The notes below the pieces were generated by a model. That model was not told where the DNA came from. It was given only the letters and a program-made list of their open reading frames with translations, and did no database searches. The translations under genes and the position numbers were made by a program. Below are positions 59,884 through 64,000 of a stretch of DNA of 64,000 bases, piece after piece. The stretch comes from Ptychomitrium polyphyllum (lineage: Eukaryota). Every line of letters begins with the position of its first letter. Positions within the stretch are counted from its first letter, which is position 1. The stretch spans positions 10,106,001-10,170,000 of the forward strand of contig OZ316776.1 in NCBI GenBank assembly GCA_973851085.1, given 5' to 3'.

Positions 59884-61028
59884 TGTCGCAACCCTTGCAA
59901 TGCACCTTAGCAAGCATCACGCGCGTCAACCCTGTACACCCCCACATGCACATGATTAACCCTCATTCTCACTTTTCAAGTCTTTCTACCATTTCTCTTA
60001 GGACACTCAATTTATTAGTAGCCAATGGTTAAGTGCGGACTTCCATTCATGTCCAAGGCCTCACTTGGTGTTACTCCCATTCCACACGGCCTAACCGCAC
60101 TTAATGGTGTCTCCTCACCACCACTCATGATGCCCAAGTGATCCTAAAATCACCTCGAGCCATCATGGTACCGGCGTGAAGACACCACTCCAATTTAATG
60201 GTAACAAGCGTACCCTTTTGAACGTGCTAGTTCCCTTCGTGAAACCGGCCGTCCACCGGCTTACAATGGTGTGGGAGTCCCCGTGGTGAAGCTCCAACAC
60301 TAGCTCCACCAACCGGGACTCACCGTTGGTCTCTACCGGGACACTAGGGGAGTGGGGAGGGAGACCAGCCCTCCCTTATAGTACTCTCTGTGGGATTCGG
60401 CAGGCCCCCGAGCCCTCTGGAGCTAGCTGAACTCCGACACACCTAGAGTTTTAGAAGACCACCCGATCCTCCTTGGGACTTAGCCGCTGGAAGCCTCCGG
60501 GACTCCTAGCGGACCTTCAGGGCGTCATATCTTCCTCATTTGGTGCCTGAATGTATCGAGCGACCACTTTGTCGTCATCTACTTTTCGCGTAGATGCTGA
60601 TAGACTCCTCAAACGTCTGATTTGAGTTAGTATTGTGGGAGATACGCCTCTCCCAAGGATCGGGACTCAAGGGGAGTCCCTCCCTGCACTATCCCACTCC
60701 AGCACAGTCACTGTATAGGGCTGCCACATTCCAGAACAGCCCCTTGGCAACCCCAACTTTGGGGTGCCATAACTTTTAGCTCCCTTGTCCGATTTGGGCA
60801 ATCCTTAGCATTCTAGAATTAGCTCTTCGTGATTCCTTCAATGCCCATGATTTATCCCTTGTGGCCTTCGATCTATATGGGCAAGGATGTTTCTCCCCTT
60901 AGGGGTCCTTCCCATGTTAGGCCCACTCGGTTCTCCTCACTATCGGCGCCACAAGTCCCGAACGTCACTTCGGGGTCTCCCTTGTGCCCTTAGTGTTGCG
61001 GGCACTCCTCAGGGAGAGATGCGCGACA
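59884..61028 (+). mobile_element. Solo LTR, 1145 bp, younger copy
   Basis: Termini TGTCGC...GCGACA (6-bp inverted). Perfect 5-bp TSD CCTAA at 59879-59883 and 61029-61033. GC-rich island in very AT-rich DNA, homologous to 8822-9842. Confidence 0.93.
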
Positions 61029-61632
61029 CCTAATGTAGATGAATATTTGAATATTTCATTCATTTGTAATTGTAAATCTTATAAAAATTTTCAAAATCTA
61101 GGGTCTAAAAATGATAGTTAGGATTTGAAAATAATGGCTAGGGTTGGAATAGCAGCTAAGACTAATGTGGTGGTTAGGATTGGTTGCTATTAACAAGCTT
61201 AGTTTTATAAATCATGGTAGACAACTTTAAACTTTTTTTTTCAAGTTTTTTTGATTGTGAATATAGTTATACATATTTATAAAGCATATTTTAAATATTT
61301 TATAACCATTGTTTTGTGTTATTATATTTGTTTTGGTCAATATTTAGTAAGACACTAAATATCCTAAATATCATATAATCCAAAAATGCAACATTTCAAT
61401 TATATCACAATATATTTTTTTTCCAAACTTATCATATTATAGTAAAGTCATTAGTGACAGATCATTTAGATAGGAGCCTAGGCCAGGCCAGGCAATGCAC
61501 AATAATTGTAACTTCAGAGAACCGAATTAACTAAAAGTATACAAAGCCAAACATTGAATGGCATTTAACACTTAATTTTGGTTGGTTGCATAGTGTTAGA
61601 ATGTTTTGCTTAATTATTAAAGCAAGTAGATT

Positions 61633-61690
61633 GCCATGCCATATTCCATGCTCCATGTTCCATGTCCCATGTCCCATGTCTAGTCTGTCC
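61633..61690. repeat. Degenerate CCATG(T/C)-based short tandem repeat
   Basis: gccatgccatattccatgctccatgttccatgtcccatgtcccatgtc. Confidence 0.7.
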
Positions 61691-64000
61691 CACCTGCCCC
61701 CACACACAACTCCTGTCTCCACTCCACCGAACCCTAAACCCTCTGCTTCGCCTCACTCCGAAACACTGAATTAATTAAACCATGAACCCTAAACATACGG
61801 ACGCTAAACCTGCCACACTACACCACTGCAACATGTGCTCCTGTCCCCCTTCAAGTCTCCAAGACTCCAAGACACCGTACAGCTAATTATCTAATTAAAC
61901 TGCAAATTCATTTGGTTGCATAGTTACCACTCTTTGAGTGAACTCCATCTGAGACCCATGTCCATGTCCATCAGTCAAAGCACTCGTGTGCTTGGAACAT
62001 ACCATGTGAGCCATGCCCATGGATTTCCTTGTACTCAAGTCAACTTCATGTGAACACTCATGGTCCCATGCCACTCCCATAGCAGTTGCTAGACTGTGAA
62101 CTCGTCACCACTTCTAAAGCTAATGGTGAGCTTGGGCTAAACTGTACGAAAATCACGTAAAATGGGCTAATTTTGTTGATCAACCGAGTCGTCCTTGGGC
62201 TCATATTTTTCAGGTCTCCTGTCATTGTGTCCATCACTGCATGTTAAACTGCAAACTGAGACGATACAGTCCGTGAGCAAATATGCAGAGCGAGTACCTC
62301 TGAACTAAAAGAAAGAATCAACGCCTTCTAGAATACTGAACAGCTTGTTCGACATCACACTTCAGACCTAATCTAAATTGTCTAAGGAGACGCTGATGAA
62401 ATCAGAGGTCTGGTTCACCTCTGAAGCGGTACTTGTGTACAGAGATGTCAATGAAAAAAATTCGAGCCTGAAGAATAAATTCTCAAGATCTTGGTATAGC
62501 ATTCTTGCTAAGACACTCAACATGATTACATACATTATAACGCAATTACCTAGACTTCATGTAAGAGGCCTTCAGTATGATCCATGTATGATGCTCCTGT
62601 TCTAATTCCCTTGCAGTTAGCTGGTGGCAAATTGAGACGGTGTTCTAACTATCTCTCAGAGTTGCTGGATGTTTACGTACATTCATGAATAATAGAACGG
62701 CGCATCAAATCAGGAAGTGGCTATGATCACTATTGCTGATACACATTCACAACTAGTTCCTGAAAAGTGATTTCATAAACAGGCACAAATTAAAAATACA
62801 ACTACACATCAACAATCATTGCTCCAGCCATCCAAGGATCGATGCCACATCGCTAAAAATAGCTTGGATAGCGAACTAATTATTTTCTTCAGACATATAA
62901 ATAGACCTTTTCATACATTGTTTTTATTTATAAGAATGGCTTTTAATTCTCATCATATATTCAATCCTCAGCACATCTTTAAAACCAGTACTAGAACCTT
63001 GTAGTGCTCAGTTTGATGTCTTCCCGCTCGATACTGGGAAATTGCAGATCCTTCAGGACACACGATCCATGCTCTACCACTCGCGAACTTCATCCTCTTC
63101 ATCATGAATGGTTACAAACTATCGCCGCTTCATGTTTTCGCTTGAATAATCCCCGGTTGCATATCGTGACAATATCAAGAGGGAAACCTTCCATCAAGAC
63201 CTTGAAGTCCGAGTGGCATGTGATCACTTATGATTAACAAGCAGCTTCAGTACGCCGCATTGGTTCACAAAGCTTTAGCTCATGGATAATATGCAGAATC
63301 CATCTCTTTGAGAATCCATGCAAGTGGAAGAGTATTCGACAAAGATTTTTCACCAGGTCCCGAGGATGATTTCGGTCCCTTCGTAGACCAAGAGGCCAAC
63401 GCCACAGTAATCTTCTCGCCGGAATTGCATTTGAAGGGGAATAACAGAGTTGACTGACCGTATACAGTTTAAGAAGAGAGAGAGCACAAGCACTAACTTG
63501 ACGGTGCAGATGACGTGGACGAGTCGAAGTGCCAGGTGTGGAAGGCGGGCATGAAGACGTCCTGCGCGTACAGCACCCAACCATCGCTCAGTGACCACAG
63601 CAGTACTGAAAGTAGTAGCAGCAGAGACACCACATACGCCTTGATCACCAAGTACGACACCTCGCCCTTGCTATACTCCAACTCATGATGCACCACCACC
63701 GCCTGCTTCATCGCTCCACCAACCCAGGCACCACAATCCGTCGGAAACGTCCCTTCCTGTAAAATCCTGCAACAACGTCACCAACTCAACCTCCGGCACC
63801 AGACAAGCCACTGGTTCAATTTTTGCTGTCCGATGATCAGTACTTGATACAACTTACAAAGTTCTCGATCATGTCCAGATACACCGACGAGGCCAACTTC
63901 TGATCGATCAACGTAGAGCCTGAGGAAAAGCTGCTTTCGAAGAAAAGACCAAGAACATTACAAGTACAGCTCCTCCAAAGTGTGATCATCCCTGGAGCTG

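Noticed and set aside
60500..60680. Hammerhead ribozyme (retrozyme) in the LTR
   Set aside because: The closest match, CTGATAGA at 60597-60604, does not fit CUGANGA, and I found no properly placed GAAA/UH core on either strand.
8822..61028. The two LTRs as ends of a single giant element
   Set aside because: They are inverted relative to each other and each has its own different TSD.
63000..64000. Possible 3' exons of a minus-strand gene entering from beyond the window
   Set aside because: Splice-like sites exist (~63822, ~63767), but I could not establish a product or reliable frame.

Overview
Eukaryotic, intron-rich land-plant nuclear DNA. The gene style and AT-rich intergenic tracts suggest a moss; this is inferred, not verified. 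Eight apparently intact multi-exon genes: alpha-tubulin (+), PHO1-family SPX-EXS phosphate exporter (+), Myb/SANT-like (trihelix-type) protein (+), tetraspanin (-), lipid-A-disaccharide synthase LpxB (+), GH3 acyl-acid amido synthetase (+), ARP5 (-) and a METTL21-like lysine methyltransferase (-). Four decayed genes lie between them: 2OG-Fe(II) oxygenase-like, PARP-like ADP-ribosyltransferase, S-protein-homologue (SPH)-like and neprosin. There are also two inverted solo LTRs of one family (one perfect and one near-perfect TSD), a Ty3/gypsy RT remnant and several palindromic or tandem repeats. The most striking observation is that the intact 451-aa alpha-tubulin has Asn at position 254 (codon AAT, 3411-3413). 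Glu254 is the conserved catalytic residue that triggers GTP hydrolysis in the microtubule lattice, so this is a candidate natural GTPase-deficient tubulin isotype.
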